A DNA stretch of 64,000 bases, taken from Callorhinchus milii (taxonomy: Eukaryota). The notes beneath the pieces are model-generated. The model ran no database searches and was not told the DNA's origin. It saw only the letters and a program-made list of their open reading frames with translations. The position numbers were made by a program, and so were the translations under genes. The stretch spans positions 13,702,001 through 13,766,000 of the forward strand of contig NW_024704748.1 of assembly GCF_018977255.1 (NCBI RefSeq), read 5' to 3'. The stretch's first letter is position 1. Each line of letters begins with the position of its first letter. Positions 51,601 through 64,000 of this stretch are shown in pieces.

Positions 51601-54600
51601 AAACACAACAAATGTATGAGCTAGTATTTTAAAGTTCTACTGAAGATTCACTCAGCCAAGTTAACATTCATTCTCACACAATGTTCAGTGCTTTTGTTTT
51701 TCTAGTTTAACTCTACTAAACTGGAATACCTGTGAACTGATTTCTTCCCTGCGTAGCAATCGTATAGCTAGTCGAAGCAGACCTACAACTGCTCGTTCAA
51801 CAAGGAAGCACTGTTCAGTTGCATGAACACTCAGGTGGTAGAGATGGTCTCGGACAGTCTGCCAGACACATGACACTCGGTCTCTGCAGAAAGGAAGAAT
51901 AATAAATTTGTTAAGAAGCACCAATGCTACCTTTGCTCTACCGGTTAATTGTATACCTAAATCTTTTTTACCACTTCCACATAATTTTATTCCAGTTTAG
52001 TAACTATTCTCAAAAAAGGCATCAGGACAAAAAATTCAACTTTCAGGATAAGTGTTTATATTGTCAAAATGTTTTTGGTTTATCAAAGAGGACATGTGTC
52101 TCAAAGTAATTAATCCTAAATAATCGTTGCATTTGATATAGCACTTTTCACATCATCTAGACGTCTCAAAGTGCTTCACTGAATATACTGTAAATTGACT
52201 ATATATTTGCAGGCGAAACGCAGCAGCCAATTGCGCACAGCAATATCCCACAAACAGTCGTGGGTTGAGTGACCAAATTATTCTTTTTTTTTAAGGATTA
52301 CTATCCTCAGAAAAGCGATCCTCCAATCGACTAACAACCGGTTTCCTACTTACTGCTAGGTAAACAGAAGAGTGTGGATTTCACCCTGCCGGGAACCAAA
52401 CCCACTTGCGAGGCGGGTGCTCTAACCACTGAGCTACAGGACTGCAAAGTAATAACTTCTATTCAAAATATTCCCTAAGTATGAAATCATTCAATCACAA
52501 TAAAATGTTATACATTTAAGAGAATGTTTAGTATCTCCAAAGCTCTCCTCCCGCTTTGCTCATCCACAACAGTAACATCATCAAAAGAAGAGAAACTATC
52601 TAATTACTTTCACAAGATTAAGTGTTCTCAGTGAGGTATATTTAATATATGGCTCATGATAAGACTGCTCAGTCTTGTCTCCCTACCGCCAGCAATGTTA
52701 CGCAATTTGAGATGTGAAAGATGCCATGTAAATATAAATTGCATTATACTATTGATTTTTTATTATAAAAGGGTTACTGACAATTAACTTCAATCCTTGC
52801 TGGCACAAAGGTACAGATAAATTGCTTCCATTATGGGATATGGACAACATTGACCTGATTGACAATATTGCCTATATCCTAGCCTGCATTTAGTTTCTGG
52901 CTTTATGCTCCTGATGCTTCCAACCTGTTTTCAAGGACTATCCGCAGCAACATTTCCAAGCAGAACGCAGCATCTTCTTCATCATACGTCTCTTCATCCG
53001 GTGTCACAGAAATGAGAGCCTGGTGAAATTACAGATTTTAAAAGGAGGGGAAGCAAATCAACCTTAGAAATGTAAGGAATAGTTTAATTCTAAAGTTAGA
53101 TTATCTTTACATCACCAATATAGTATATACAATTTTGAGAGGTTTAAAGAGTCAAAAATAAGTCAGGTCTCTATATTAAGGGTATCTAATTAGTTTTCAT
53201 CAAATACAGTATTTTCTATCAATTCCATAAAAATAGAAAATCTTACCCCATTTATTCTGAAATAAACCTCTTTTGTTTAGTGAAACATCATAATAGTTAT
53301 TAGTTAGCATGCTTTAAAATGTCTGAAGTAATTTGAGTCCGTTTGGAATGATTTCAATATAAGCAATTCAGATCACATCAATTGGCAACCTTCCTTCCTC
53401 GCACTCAAGTGTGTACACGTGTTCTCAGTTTCTCAGATGTAACTTACTCGAGAATGTAAAAATATACATTGTTATTTAACAAACCTTCCCAATTTAACAA
53501 GCTAATCAGATTCATAACAGACCTTGTTGTATGTTTTGCAAGACAGAAATCAGCAACACACACAACAGAATAAAAAAGAATGATATGTACTCTTTATTGG
53601 AACGGAACTGTTTGCCTGCCCTAGAGAAACATCTATGCAGGATTTTGGAGATCAAGAATGCCACAATGAAAAATAAAGGCATTAAGAGAAGTCAAAATGT
53701 CTCCAAGCCAACTGTTCCACTTCTAATAAAGAGCCATACATGCAGCTTTAATTTGTCTTTTAGATATTGCAAATCCTTCACTGTCCAGCACCTTGGAATG
53801 TCCTCCTGACGTGAAAGGCGATATATAAATGCAATTTTTTTATTGGTTTGTTTATTGACTTGCTGTCATTTCTAGCATTTCCTCCCAGTTTCACGAGGAA
53901 GGAAGAGCAAACTTTTAGGATCTGCTGCACTGAAGAGGATAAAGGGAGCCAAGTTAATATTCACAATTGAACTGACTTGATTATTGATGTATACTGGGTT
54001 AAAAGGTCTAGTGAGGTTATTTACATTTAAATCTAATAATCTGGAAGCAACCACACTGTTGATGGCCAAGTACAATATTTACTTTCAACTACATACCTTC
54101 ATTAGCTCTTGCAGAGATTCCAGTTGAAGAAATTTGCTTTCAGTGATCAGCTTCTCTGGATCACATTGCTGGAATTAAAAGGTCAAAAGCAGATAAGTTA
54201 ACTGTATCATCATCAATATTATCAGTCACCAAGTTTCCTGGGCATTACCATAAATTGTGACAATTAACAACAACAACAACTTGGATTTATATAGCGCCCT
54301 CCACGCCGGACGGTGTCTCAGAGCGCTTAACCTGCTAAATATTTCAAACATTTTCCCTTTCTCATTCTTCCTCTACTCTACTGAAGGCACCAATTCTTCC
54401 TAGAGTATAGTTTCACAGTCACTGGAAGAACTCTAGTTCCTTACCAAAGTAGCCATTCTTATCTGTGAACCCAGAAAATGAGTGTCAGCAGGCTATTCAA
54501 CTATTGAGGGCATTGCAGCTGCCAACCAGATATCAATTGGGAGCAGAAAAACTGATTTATTCTTTTCCCTTCCTAGCTCAAGAGAGCCAAGAACAGTTGT

Positions 54601-57600
54601 AGGATTCAAATGGTAGTTAATTATATTGTAAATGTAGAAACATTGTTTTCCTAGATCTATGGTCTTGTAATGCCAATAAGACCTCATAATAATATGTTTA
54701 TAGTCATAGATAGCCTACAATTCAGGGACAATATATTTTTTCAAAGCATCCTTCAGATAATTCACCTTAATACATTCCAATGCTGCTTGCTTTGCTTCTT
54801 CATTTTCCATAGATGGTCCCCTGAGGCCAGACTGTTCATTGCCACTCAGTGTGAGCCAGCTAACAAAGCTTAAGACTGTAGATTCACCGCTGTATTAAAA
54901 AATATATATTATTTCAGATAATTTATTGCACAAGAAAGACTTCATAAAAAAAAGTTTCTCCAGAGGTTTTGACCATTAACAGCACCTTCCAATTGACTTA
55001 AAAATAATCAAATGCCTCTAAATTATGCTCATGTACTACCTTCAGTTAAGAAATTTTAATTAGTGATGAGAAATGTTTAACAACTTAAAAAAATGGAAAG
55101 TACACTGGTCAACAACAATATTTGTATAACTCCTTTAATGTGAGGTCATGTAGGGATTTGTACACGAGGACAGGCTGCTGAATTCAAGCTGCTGAGAGCT
55201 GGATTAGGATGGGGGTGATCGGCTCCCAAAGCCTGGTGGGGGAGAGGGCATACTTATAATGAACGTTTCTCTGCTTGAAATTTATTCAAAAACGTCTGAC
55301 TGTAATAATTTCTATCAAAGTGAATGTGTAAAATGGAACAAATTCCCATAGTGATATATACTTAAATAAAATTGCTATTTGATTTGACCCATAAAATTTC
55401 AAAGCTGGTATAACTGCACTTTGCGACTCTCTGATCCCTCTGCGTCTGGGAATTGTTCCAAGGAAAGCAGTGCTCTCCTAAATTATGTTGAATGCTGGTT
55501 AATTTTTCGAGTTATTAAAGATTTTGGAATGTCTCTAATAATTTTAAAAACCTTAAGGGCAATTCATTCCATCACTCAAAAACCTTTCAATTTCAACTTT
55601 CATCTTTTGCAAAATTCTTTGGGATCGGATGAAGTAAGACCAAAGTCATATTGCGTGTCAATTTCATTCTGAATCTACCTCCAAGATATCCTTCCACCAG
55701 ACATACTCTAAATAGAATCACTCTCAGCTCAGGAGCAGTTACACTCCACTATTGCAATTAATTTCCCTTTGTAGAAGCAAAAGCAACAATTTATGGAAAG
55801 CACAATTACTGACAAGTTCAGATACTTTCTACAAAAAAGTTCAGAATTGGCAAGGTAGAAGCAATCTATTTGAAGTATAGTTATGTATTTTGCTGTACAA
55901 TAGTAGTGGCCTATAGTTTACTAATAATAATACTACATTTAGAAGTCAACTGATAAGTGAAACTAATAATTAAAAAAATATGCTATGAAGTAATCTTTCT
56001 TAAACTGATTATATAAAATCATAAGATCCTGTGAACATAGAAATAAAAAAAATGCTTCATGAATGTTGCAATGATATCCAGCAAGACTACCAACTGGGAT
56101 TGAACGTATTCATTTGGTTTGGATTATAGCTAGAACTATAGTGATACATAACAAGAACAAATCAGCTAAGCAATTAGAATTGTTAGTAGGAAAAAATCAT
56201 CTTAACTTAGGTGTGTACTTATGCAGCCTGACTGGTTTCAGATGGCCAGTCTACATTCACCAAGGTTAATAAACAAGTAAACACATACCATAAGGAAACA
56301 TGACCTTCTATCCACTTTGAAGCTGCTGTAGCTCATATTAGGTCAGGGAAAAATCCAGAGTCACATTCAACAACCTTTCACTGGCTTCAAAGCGTGTTCC
56401 CCCCATTCCCCACCCCAGAATTACATTTTATTTAATAAAATTTGACACCTCTGTAAAGATCCTTTCTTTTCTTGACCAAAACTAAGAAATTAGGTGTAAA
56501 AATTATGTAATAACTCCGGAAACAAAAAATATTAAAATGTTCTTGAATATATTCTAAAAAATGAGACTCTTCAGTACTTTCTCTCAAATTTACAGCATCA
56601 ATAACTTAGCAGCTGGACCAATAGAAAAGTGTGGCTGCACTATCCCCACAGAACCCACCACAAACACCCTCATGCGCTACAAACCCGCTATAAATGTAGT
56701 TTCTGGCCCGCGGGCCAACGGGCTGTTTACCTGATGTCACTGTGGGGGGGAGGGGGGGGGGCAACACAAGCAGCAAATGGATTTCACTCGGAGGCTCCAC
56801 TGTTGTGATTGTCTGTGTATGTGAGAGTATGTATGATTGTCTGTATATATGTCTCTCTATATGCATTTGTGTGTCTCTGTGCGTGTGTCTGTGTCTCCCT
56901 GTTTGTGAGCGTCTGTGTCTCCCTCTCCTCTGCGTGTTTGTTGGTGTGCATGCGTGTCTCTGTGTGAGTGCTCGTCTTTCTCTGAGTATGTGTCTCTGTG
57001 TTTCTGAGTGTGTGTCCCTCTCATCATCTGTGTATGTCTCTCTCTGTCACTCTCTGTGTCTGTCTGTGAGAGAGTGTTTGTGTGTGTCTGAGTTGTGTCT
57101 CTCTCTCTTGGTCTGTGTGCGGGGCCTTGAGAGATCCTGTAGCCTCATTGGTGTTCCCCCCTCCCCACCAAAAAAAAAGCCACACAGATTTTGTTAAAGA
57201 AGACTTTCATTTTTTTTTGCAACAATCTAATGTGTGTTATTTTCTCATATTTAGTTTTTATCAATAAAGTGAAAAAATGTAGTTTGACAGTAAAATATAC
57301 CTCAATAACAGCAATCAACTCCCCGCCGGTTTCTGCAAAATTTGCCAAAGTCCCCCGCAATTCTCCACAAAATTTGCAAATCTCACTGCAATTTTTAGCA
57401 AATATTTTCACACTTTTCTATTGTCCTAGCTTATCAATTACATCTGCATAATCACTGGAGAAAAGACATCATTGCTACTAATCTGAACATAGTCACTCCA
57501 CTTTGCAAAATATCCAGTGAAGTGCCTTGAGATGTCCTTCTAATATAACATTCACCAGCATTACATCTAGAAATATTAATCATATCTTCCTGCTGCTGAT

Positions 57601-60600
57601 CTCAGTAATCTGGTTGTAATAAATTCCTTAATGAAACTATTATGTAAAGTCAAAAGTGCCCATACTGATAATGATCCTTGAATTTGATATAGTGCCTTAT
57701 CACTTAACCAAACAATTCAAAACACTTAATAGGATTTACTGTAGATTGTAGTGACTCTGTATTTGTAGGTGAATGTGTAGTTCATTCACTAGAATGTAAT
57801 GCACAGAATCAGGTATAGATTCAGGTAGTGAACATAAAATGTAGCAATTTACAGCGATGAATCACTGTTTTAAATGAATATGAATTGATGAGGCTTGGAG
57901 TAAAATACCCTGAAGGTACAGTTTAAATATTCTCTGAAAAAATACAATGTGCATTCGTTTTTATTTCCTTCCTACCGGTTTGAAGGAGTTTCTTCACGCT
58001 GGAGAGAGATTTTCCCATTGGGTTCCACAAAGTCTTCTACCTGAATGTGCAAGAAATTGCTTAATTAGCAAAATGAAATTCAAAATCAGTCAGTCTCATC
58101 TTTCTGAAAAATATATTTCAAGGGCATAACTTAAAATGATATTGAAAAAATCTGTCAAATATCAACATAATTGAACAATTATTTAACATCAAACGCAATA
58201 TCCATCACTAACAAAGGGAGGTCATTAAATATTGAAGCATTAAACAGAAGTATTCAAAGCTAGACCAAAATGTCAAGAAGAATTTGATATCCAAGATCTG
58301 TTAATTTAAGCAGTTCCAAGAATAAATGCTGAGAAAAAAAATATTAGAAGCATTGAATTTCAAATCATTCCATATGAATGCTATGTATACACATCCACTA
58401 TTGTCCTGTTCTTTTAAATTTTTTCTTTGCTTGGCCTGGAAAGAGATTATGATAAACTGATTGATGAAGATATTGACATATAAAATGAAAAGGCTTCAAC
58501 TCAGCTGACTGCTGAGTAACAAATATTAAATAATTCTTGAATAATTCAACAACTGCTAATACCTCCACATTAGTAGCATGCTTATTCTTATGAACGAGAT
58601 CAAATGCTTCATCAATTTACCTACCTCCCCACCACCCAGACCCACTTTACTTTTATTCACCCACAAAATATACAATCAATTCACTTTACAGTATATTCTA
58701 TGAAGCTCTCTGAGATGTCTTGATGTATGATAATGGTCTATATCAAACACAATTATTATTATTCAAAATCTATATAAGTTTGGGTCAATAAAGAAGTTGA
58801 AAACTCAAGTCACTTAATAATGCACATGACATTTGCTAACTTGCAATATTACAAACTTCAAACATGAACAAGCACTGTTGATATGCTTGTTGCTAATTTT
58901 AAAATACGGTAGTACTTCCACTGTACGAGCCACATTTTCAAAGCACGTACAATCTTTACAAGTTAGAGCATTTTAGTTCTGTAAATTGAACAGCAGGTGG
59001 CAATGTTAAGCTAGTCTAACCAAGGGAAGATGTCAGAACCATTTTCTAAGTTTCTGTAGTATCCTTCATTATTCAGCCTGAATACTCTCTAACGTAGTGT
59101 GAAAGTGGGATGGCGGGAGTGGGGAGAAGAGAGGACAGTGGAGTAAAATATGATAATTATGTTTTGCTCATCTTCTCCAACACAAAGGCGGTCAGGCCTC
59201 CAGCCTTTCTGTCCCCACTCTATGAAATTCCATCCCTGAATCCCTTCGCCTCGCTTCTTCCCTTAACTCTTTCAAAGACCATTTCAAGACCTTTCTCTTT
59301 TACTGCATCTTCAATGATAAGAACGTAAGAAATAGGAGGGAAGAGAATTCCATAAATTCACTACCCTCTGAGTGAAGAAATGTTTTCTCAACTCAGTTCT
59401 AAAGGGCTGACCTTCAATCTTGAGACTATGAACCCTAGTTTTAGATTCTCCAACCAGGGGAAACAGTCTCACACTATCTATCGATAATAATAATAATATA
59501 ATAATCCTTGCATTTGATATAGCGCTTTTCATGTCGGGAGGACGTCCCAAAGTGCTTCACAGAACACACTGCAAAGTGAATTGACTGTATATTTGTGGGC
59601 GAACGCGGCAGCCAATTGCGCACAGCAGTGTCTCACAAACAGTCATGGATTGAAAATGACCAATTTATTATTGTTTTTGTTTTGGAGGGATTATTATTAG
59701 GCGTGTGGAGTAAGGAAACTTGCCCAAGGGTTCGCCCTGCCTGGAATTGAACTCGGGTCTCTCGCTTGCAAAGCGAGTGCTCTAACCACTGAGCTACAGG
59801 ACTCCACGATCTTCCAACCCTATCCCCCTTGGCTCCAACCGCTCTCGAAATCAACCCCAGCTTGGGTACAAGCGCTCAACTGTCCAGCGCCTTGGGACAT
59901 TCCTCCCAACGGGAAGTATAAATGTAATTTGTTATTGCTTTTTTTACCTTAAAAAAAGCTCACCAGTTTTATCTGAAGATTCAGAAAGCAGAAACGTTTT
60001 AAGCACTTCTAATTGGGGCACGATGCAGGAAGAAAGTTACACTTTAAAGTGGTAAAATATTTTAACAAAATGCCTTCTGGCTAAAGGGGCTATATCAAAT
60101 GAAAGGACTGTTATTATTTTATAGTGAAATTCCTTTCTTGCAATGATGCAATTATTACCAGTAGCTGAATTTAACCTGAGCCTGAAATCAAACAATGTAT
60201 TAATTCAGAGATTTGAATAGCTATATTTCGCTGAAGATTACTTGTGAGGATATTGTCTAGTTCTAATTATGTATTTAAATAGCAATTTGACATAGGAAGC
60301 GTCAGCAATTGAAACCATTTATAGCCAATTAAGCAGCCTCGCATCTTTTAAAACAAAGTATGTTGATGTATCTCCTGTGTCATTATGTTTGAGATGGGTA
60401 TCTAACACCGATTTCAGAAGATTGATAAAACTGTTTCGATGAACAGTGAAACATTCAACCATTGTTGCTTAATCTTTGGCAATTTAATCACTTTGGTGTC
60501 TGGATATCAAAATTGGAATATGATTCTTGTGATTCAATTGTGTTTCATATCCATATTTGAAATACTCCAATTCAGTTACAATTCAGTTAGAAATGCTTAC

Positions 60601-62682
60601 CTCCACCATGGCTTTTGGTAAAAGCTCAGCACGGAAGAGCTGCAACATTGCATCCATAATGTTCTTCCACCCCTCTCTAAGAATGTCACCATGACGATGA
60701 GCCAAGTTAAACACAGTTTTGGCTGCGAGTTGAGCTTTCGCATTGCTACCAAAAACATTAGGAAGGTTCTCCACTGACTACATAAAAAGACATCATATTA
60801 AAAAGTGAAAAAAAATTACATTGAAATCAACTCAGTCATGTATTCATTTCACAGCACCTCACTCCCACATATTTTCTGATAATGTCTGAAATCACATTCA
60901 TGACAAAATATGTAAATGTTCCATGCAATCTTCCATTTTCAGTATGAAGGGTTTATTTCTAAACAATTCCAGCTGTTCATTACATAATCAATTTGCCATA
61001 TCTCTCTCATTTCACAAGAGACAGGGTCAGGACTGAGATTTTATTGTTTTGAAAGACTCATTTGTTCACTTTCTAGCATATCCCTTTCCCCAGCAACTGC
61101 AAGACTTTACCGAAAAAACATCCCAAGCACCTCATATGATATTTTACCAACCAAATGTCAAATCACACTAAAAATCCATAATTACTTGGTCAATGAGCTT
61201 TGGCAATTGGATTAAACGTTAAACACAATGCAATCTCCAGAAAAAATAGATAAGTTACCATTGTATACAATGTCCTAACATTTTTAAACCTTGTTTCAAC
61301 CTCAAAATGTGCAAGGATTACAAGCCACTTACCTCACTACTAAGAGCTGTAAACTTGCACAGAGAAATGATAAGGTTGTCAAACACATCACTAAGTCCAT
61401 AATGAGCTGAGATCATTGCACATTTCCTGAATACAGAAGGCAAGAAAGAATGAGCTATCATTAGATAATATAATTAATACACAGCAATGATTTGATCAAA
61501 CCTTTATAAGTTGTAATATTCTGAATGGCCAAACTTCATTTGTCAGCTTTATGGAAGACATTGGCCTCGCAAGCGAGAGGACCTGAGTTCGATTCCCAGG
61601 CAGGGTGAAACGCTGGATGATTAGAGTCGGGCTTTTCGAGGCAGAAGGACAAAACCAGTATTCCATTTAAATTTATAATAAATTTAAAATATGCACTTAA
61701 TATTTAATGGAACAAGCATATAACTTGATGACACCCCAAAGCCTTAAACTAAGTCGGAGTAGTAATACATAAAATCCTGGCACTTACAGTTTGAGCAGGG
61801 GAACGAGTTACATGACCCTCCACAGTACAACTCTCCTGCCTGCTCAAACCCCTAGTGTTTTTATCCCCTTGTCCTCTCACACCCACAAAATACACATTCT
61901 TACAGATGATGAGTTTTCATGCAAAACATCCTGTAACTGAGACAGTGCAAGCCAGTTCACATTCCTCCAAATTGAGACAGTGAGACAGTTCCTGCTACCT
62001 GTGGGTTGTACATGACTGAAACAATACCACAATACCATGCAACATTCTAACACACTCCCATTCAAACGAGTATTCAATCAAATTTGCAGGTTCTTTGGTC
62101 ATAACATCACCACTCCCCCCCTCAAGTCGCCCTAACATTCAATCTATTTTTCTCCATCTTCAACCTAAATTGTATACTGTAGAAGTATATGACATACATT
62201 CACCACCAATAAAACAAAATCAGATCTGTACGTGCAAAGTTGCATACGTGCACTCAAGTTTGTGAGAATCACGATGTTGGAGTCATTCTATTCTAGCAAT
62301 TTTGTGTGCAACTGCGTTCAATGCATACTATTTTTTATACAGGCATCTTGCACTCTATACATGGAGCTAATTGCAAGCAGACAATTAGAATATTACTGTA
62401 CTAATTTTTGATGCAGATGAATATTTTATTGTTCATTGTTTTTACCTGAAACCTGAAATTGCCTTCTGAATTATACTTTCATCTAAGCTCTTGTCAAATA
62501 CATATGAAAGTGCAGCTATCGTGGGTCCCCACGTCATGGTGAACAGGTCATGATCATAGGTTCCAGAGGGTACATGTAGGAAAATGCCTTCTGGCGAGCT
62601 CCCACGATTCTGAAGAACATTCCACAGATAGTTCTCCTTCACAAAACCAGTTTGCTCCTCTGGCATCACAATCTCATCATTT
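39324..62682 (-). CDS. GBF1: Golgi brefeldin A-resistant Arf GEF 1, 3' portion (end of Sec7, HDS domains, C-tail); 19 exons, ~985 aa; 5' exons outside the window
   Basis: Peptides such as [40 protein letters not shown] and [16 protein letters not shown] match vertebrate GBF1; all introns GT-AG with consistent phases. Confidence 0.96.
40355..40507 (-). CDS. GBF1: GBF1 exon
   Basis: tag|ac; (D)[14 protein letters not shown]...KEASAN; g|gtgagt; phase 1-1. Confidence 0.82.
41432..41609 (-). CDS. GBF1: GBF1 exon
   Basis: [21 protein letters not shown]...[22 protein letters not shown]. Confidence 0.95.
41683..41922 (-). mobile_element. tRNA-SINE, long subfamily, partial
   Basis: Matches the 35387-35738 copy. 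Confidence 0.8.
42160..42273 (-). CDS. GBF1: GBF1 exon
   Basis: [38 protein letters not shown]; AG/GT ends. Confidence 0.95.
42361..42716 (-). mobile_element. L2 LINE 3' end
   Basis: Close reverse complement of 11250-11595, with (caa)n tail. Confidence 0.9.
43061..43162 (-). CDS. GBF1: GBF1 exon
   Basis: [34 protein letters not shown]. Confidence 0.95.
44477..44607 (-). CDS. GBF1: GBF1 exon
   Basis: (G)[43 protein letters not shown]. Confidence 0.95.
45525..45675 (-). CDS. GBF1: GBF1 exon
   Basis: [50 protein letters not shown]. Confidence 0.95.
45591..45609 (+). promoter_or_regulatory. Candidate exonic CTCF site
   Basis: AGGCCTCCAGGTGGCGCTG, near-consensus CTCF core. Confidence 0.55.
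47529..47731 (-). CDS. GBF1: GBF1 exon (alternative donor gives end 47541)
   Basis: (G)YKSHEKKSK...[18 protein letters not shown](VSQD). Confidence 0.93.
47999..48242 (-). CDS. GBF1: GBF1 exon
   Basis: VGKDDLE...[45 protein letters not shown]. Confidence 0.95.
49274..49434 (-). CDS. GBF1: GBF1 exon
   Basis: (G)AQSDSE...[11 protein letters not shown]...[17 protein letters not shown]. Confidence 0.95.
49720..50520 (-). mobile_element. Older L2 3' fragment interrupted by a SINE
   Basis: Reverse complement of the L2 C-terminal region (aggatcttgaag...ggaaccagtgaag); continues on both sides of the SINE. Confidence 0.65.
50182..50489 (-). mobile_element. Full-length tRNA-SINE with probable 7-bp TSD (cacttaa)
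   Basis: Reverse complement of the 8084-8392 family; cacttaa at 50175-81 and 50490-96. Confidence 0.9.
50911..51136 (-). CDS. GBF1: GBF1 exon
   Basis: [13 protein letters not shown]...[14 protein letters not shown]...[11 protein letters not shown]...DNSDA. Confidence 0.95.
51730..51883 (-). CDS. GBF1: GBF1 exon
   Basis: [17 protein letters not shown]...[26 protein letters not shown]. Confidence 0.95.
52119..52445 (-). mobile_element. tRNA-SINE, long subfamily
   Basis: Head gtgctctaaccactgagctacagga, extra internal block, tail tgcatttgatatagcac. Confidence 0.85.
52925..53019 (-). CDS. GBF1: GBF1 exon
   Basis: [31 protein letters not shown](R). Confidence 0.95.
54097..54168 (-). CDS. GBF1: GBF1 exon
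   Basis: [24 protein letters not shown]. Confidence 0.95.
54766..54889 (-). CDS. GBF1: GBF1 exon
   Basis: [41 protein letters not shown]. Confidence 0.95.
56611..57431. mobile_element. Non-autonomous DNA transposon/MITE with ~23-bp TIRs and internal (GT/CT)n microsatellite
   Basis: Left agctggaccaatagaaaagtgtg; right end reverse complement agctaggacaatagaaaagtgtg. Confidence 0.65.
57976..58040 (-). CDS. GBF1: GBF1 exon
   Basis: [21 protein letters not shown](R). Confidence 0.94.
58987..59005 (+). promoter_or_regulatory. Candidate CTCF site
   Basis: TGAACAGCAGGTGGCAATG fits the CTCF core. Confidence 0.4.
59313..59483 (-). mobile_element. CR1 3' fragment, internally deleted
   Basis: [17 protein letters not shown]...[14 protein letters not shown]; similar to 3800-3940. 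Confidence 0.85.
59484..59806 (-). mobile_element. Full-length tRNA-Ala SINE
   Basis: Near-identical reverse complement of 8084-8392. Confidence 0.92.
60601..60777 (-). CDS. GBF1: GBF1 exon
   Basis: [59 protein letters not shown]. Confidence 0.96.
61333..61426 (-). CDS. GBF1: GBF1 exon
   Basis: [31 protein letters not shown]. Confidence 0.96.
61726..62125 (-). mobile_element. Possible LTR remnant with adjoining polypurine tract
   Basis: On -: ttgagggggggagtggtga then TGTTATGAC (62106); other end ...ggtgtcatCA (61726). Confidence 0.35.
62446..62682 (-). CDS. GBF1: GBF1 exon (most 5' in window; end of Sec7 region)
   Basis: [23 protein letters not shown]...[37 protein letters not shown](R). 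Confidence 0.96.
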
Positions 62683-64000
62683 CTTGAAAGAAAAAAAATT
62701 AAAACCAGTTTAGAGATTGGCATTGGGACAGTTGAAGAGTTATCAAAGCAATACTTTTCCTTGAAAATAAAGAAATGCAGTTTCAATCCCTGAGGAAATA
62801 CCCATTTTCTAAGTTTTATGGAAGTCTATTTCCTCACTTTTTTGAATAGAAATTAATTATAAATCATTTATCTCAAAGAGCACAACACCTTGGGAACAAT
62901 TATTTAAAAACATATCTACAGTTTAAGTTATTAATGAAAAAAAATAACCGAAATAAGAAAAAGTTCAATGTCACAATATCCTTCCCCTTTACATGGAAAA
63001 TTTTAAGGTGATGCATTGGTGAATAGGGCATAATGATCAGATTGAATCATCATTCCTTCCATATTCAATAATAAGCAAAACATACAAAGTAATTCTTGGG
63101 TAATCTTTTTTCTAAAAAAAATGATTCTTGTTCAAAGGAATATAAAAATAAAGGCAGTTTTGTTCAGCTTTCAGAGTTAACTATAAAATAATTGCAAAGC
63201 TTTATAACGTGATCTTTAGAAAACATCACAAATTGAGGCGAGAGAGGCAGGGCAGGGCAATGCGTTGTTTGCTTTTCATACTAATGCAAAACACACCAGT
63301 TTGATTATAAAATTACTGCAGCTTAAAATATTTAAATTGATTTACTAGAGTACAGAACCAAAATAAGAAAAGGCCAGAAAATATGGAATACCAAATAAAA
63401 TACTACAACAGTTCAAATAACTCACCAAAAAAAATCAATAAAGAGCTAACTTGTTAAAAGTACACCCAGAAAGCTTGATGGGTTTACATTCAATCATGTT
63501 GAGCTTGTTATACTAACTTGCCCTTAATTTAATTGCTAACCTTGACACCCTCTTTTCCCATCATCATGATTGTCCAAAAGGCTTCTTATTCAACATTTAA
63601 TTATTAGTAGCTCACAAGCAATTGAGAAATACAAATACAAATTACTTTCTTTATATCATCCCTGAAATTAAGTTTTGCAAAATGCGTTTTTCAATTTAGA
63701 GTATTCAATTTAACATTTTCCAAACTTCGCTGTGTTAACACCAACCTATGTAAAAAAATTGTGAGAAGTCAAAAAATATAAAAATGTTCCCATGAGTCAA
63801 CTATCTCTTGACATTAATCTATGTAGGTGGTACAGATGAAAGATTTAATACTGTGTGCAAAAGCAAGGTAGCTTTCAAGAATTATGAATTGCATGTGTTC
63901 CAGATTGAAACCATCTGAGACTAAAATATGAACATCCTGCATCTCAGGCAGTTTGAGCTCCTCGTCTTTGAAGCAACCAATCCCCAGCATTACAGTAAAT

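Noticed and set aside
56742-57197. 151-aa Cys/Val-rich ORF
   Set aside because: Translation of a GT/CT microsatellite

Overview
Vertebrate genomic DNA (AT-rich, intron-containing), inferred to be from a cartilaginous fish, plausibly a chimaera, from its repeat content (tRNA-Ala-headed SINEs with L2-type tails, Deu-domain SINEs, L2 and CR1 LINEs). Two convergent protein-coding genes were reconstructed by hand with consistent splice phases. The first is a complete macroH2A2 (MACROH2A2/H2AFY2) on + with a CpG-island promoter at ~16.3-18.4 kb and 8 coding exons (22548-33970, 377 aa). The second is the 3' part of GBF1 on - (19 exons, 62682 down to 39324, ~985 aa; the 5' part lies beyond the window). 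The first 16 kb has no recognisable host gene and contains LINE/SINE remnants and a few CNE-like blocks. Best leads: a 44-nt inverted repeat (40/44 matches) pairing the last GBF1 intron with its 3' UTR; a near-consensus CTCF motif inside a GBF1 coding exon within a divergent CTCF layout; macroH2A2-GBF1 adjacency mirroring the PITX1-MACROH2A1 paralogon; a GC-AG intron; and macroH2A1.2-like, ancestral-looking features of this macroH2A2. No clearly new multi-gene system is demonstrable from sequence alone. Repeat boundaries are approximate.
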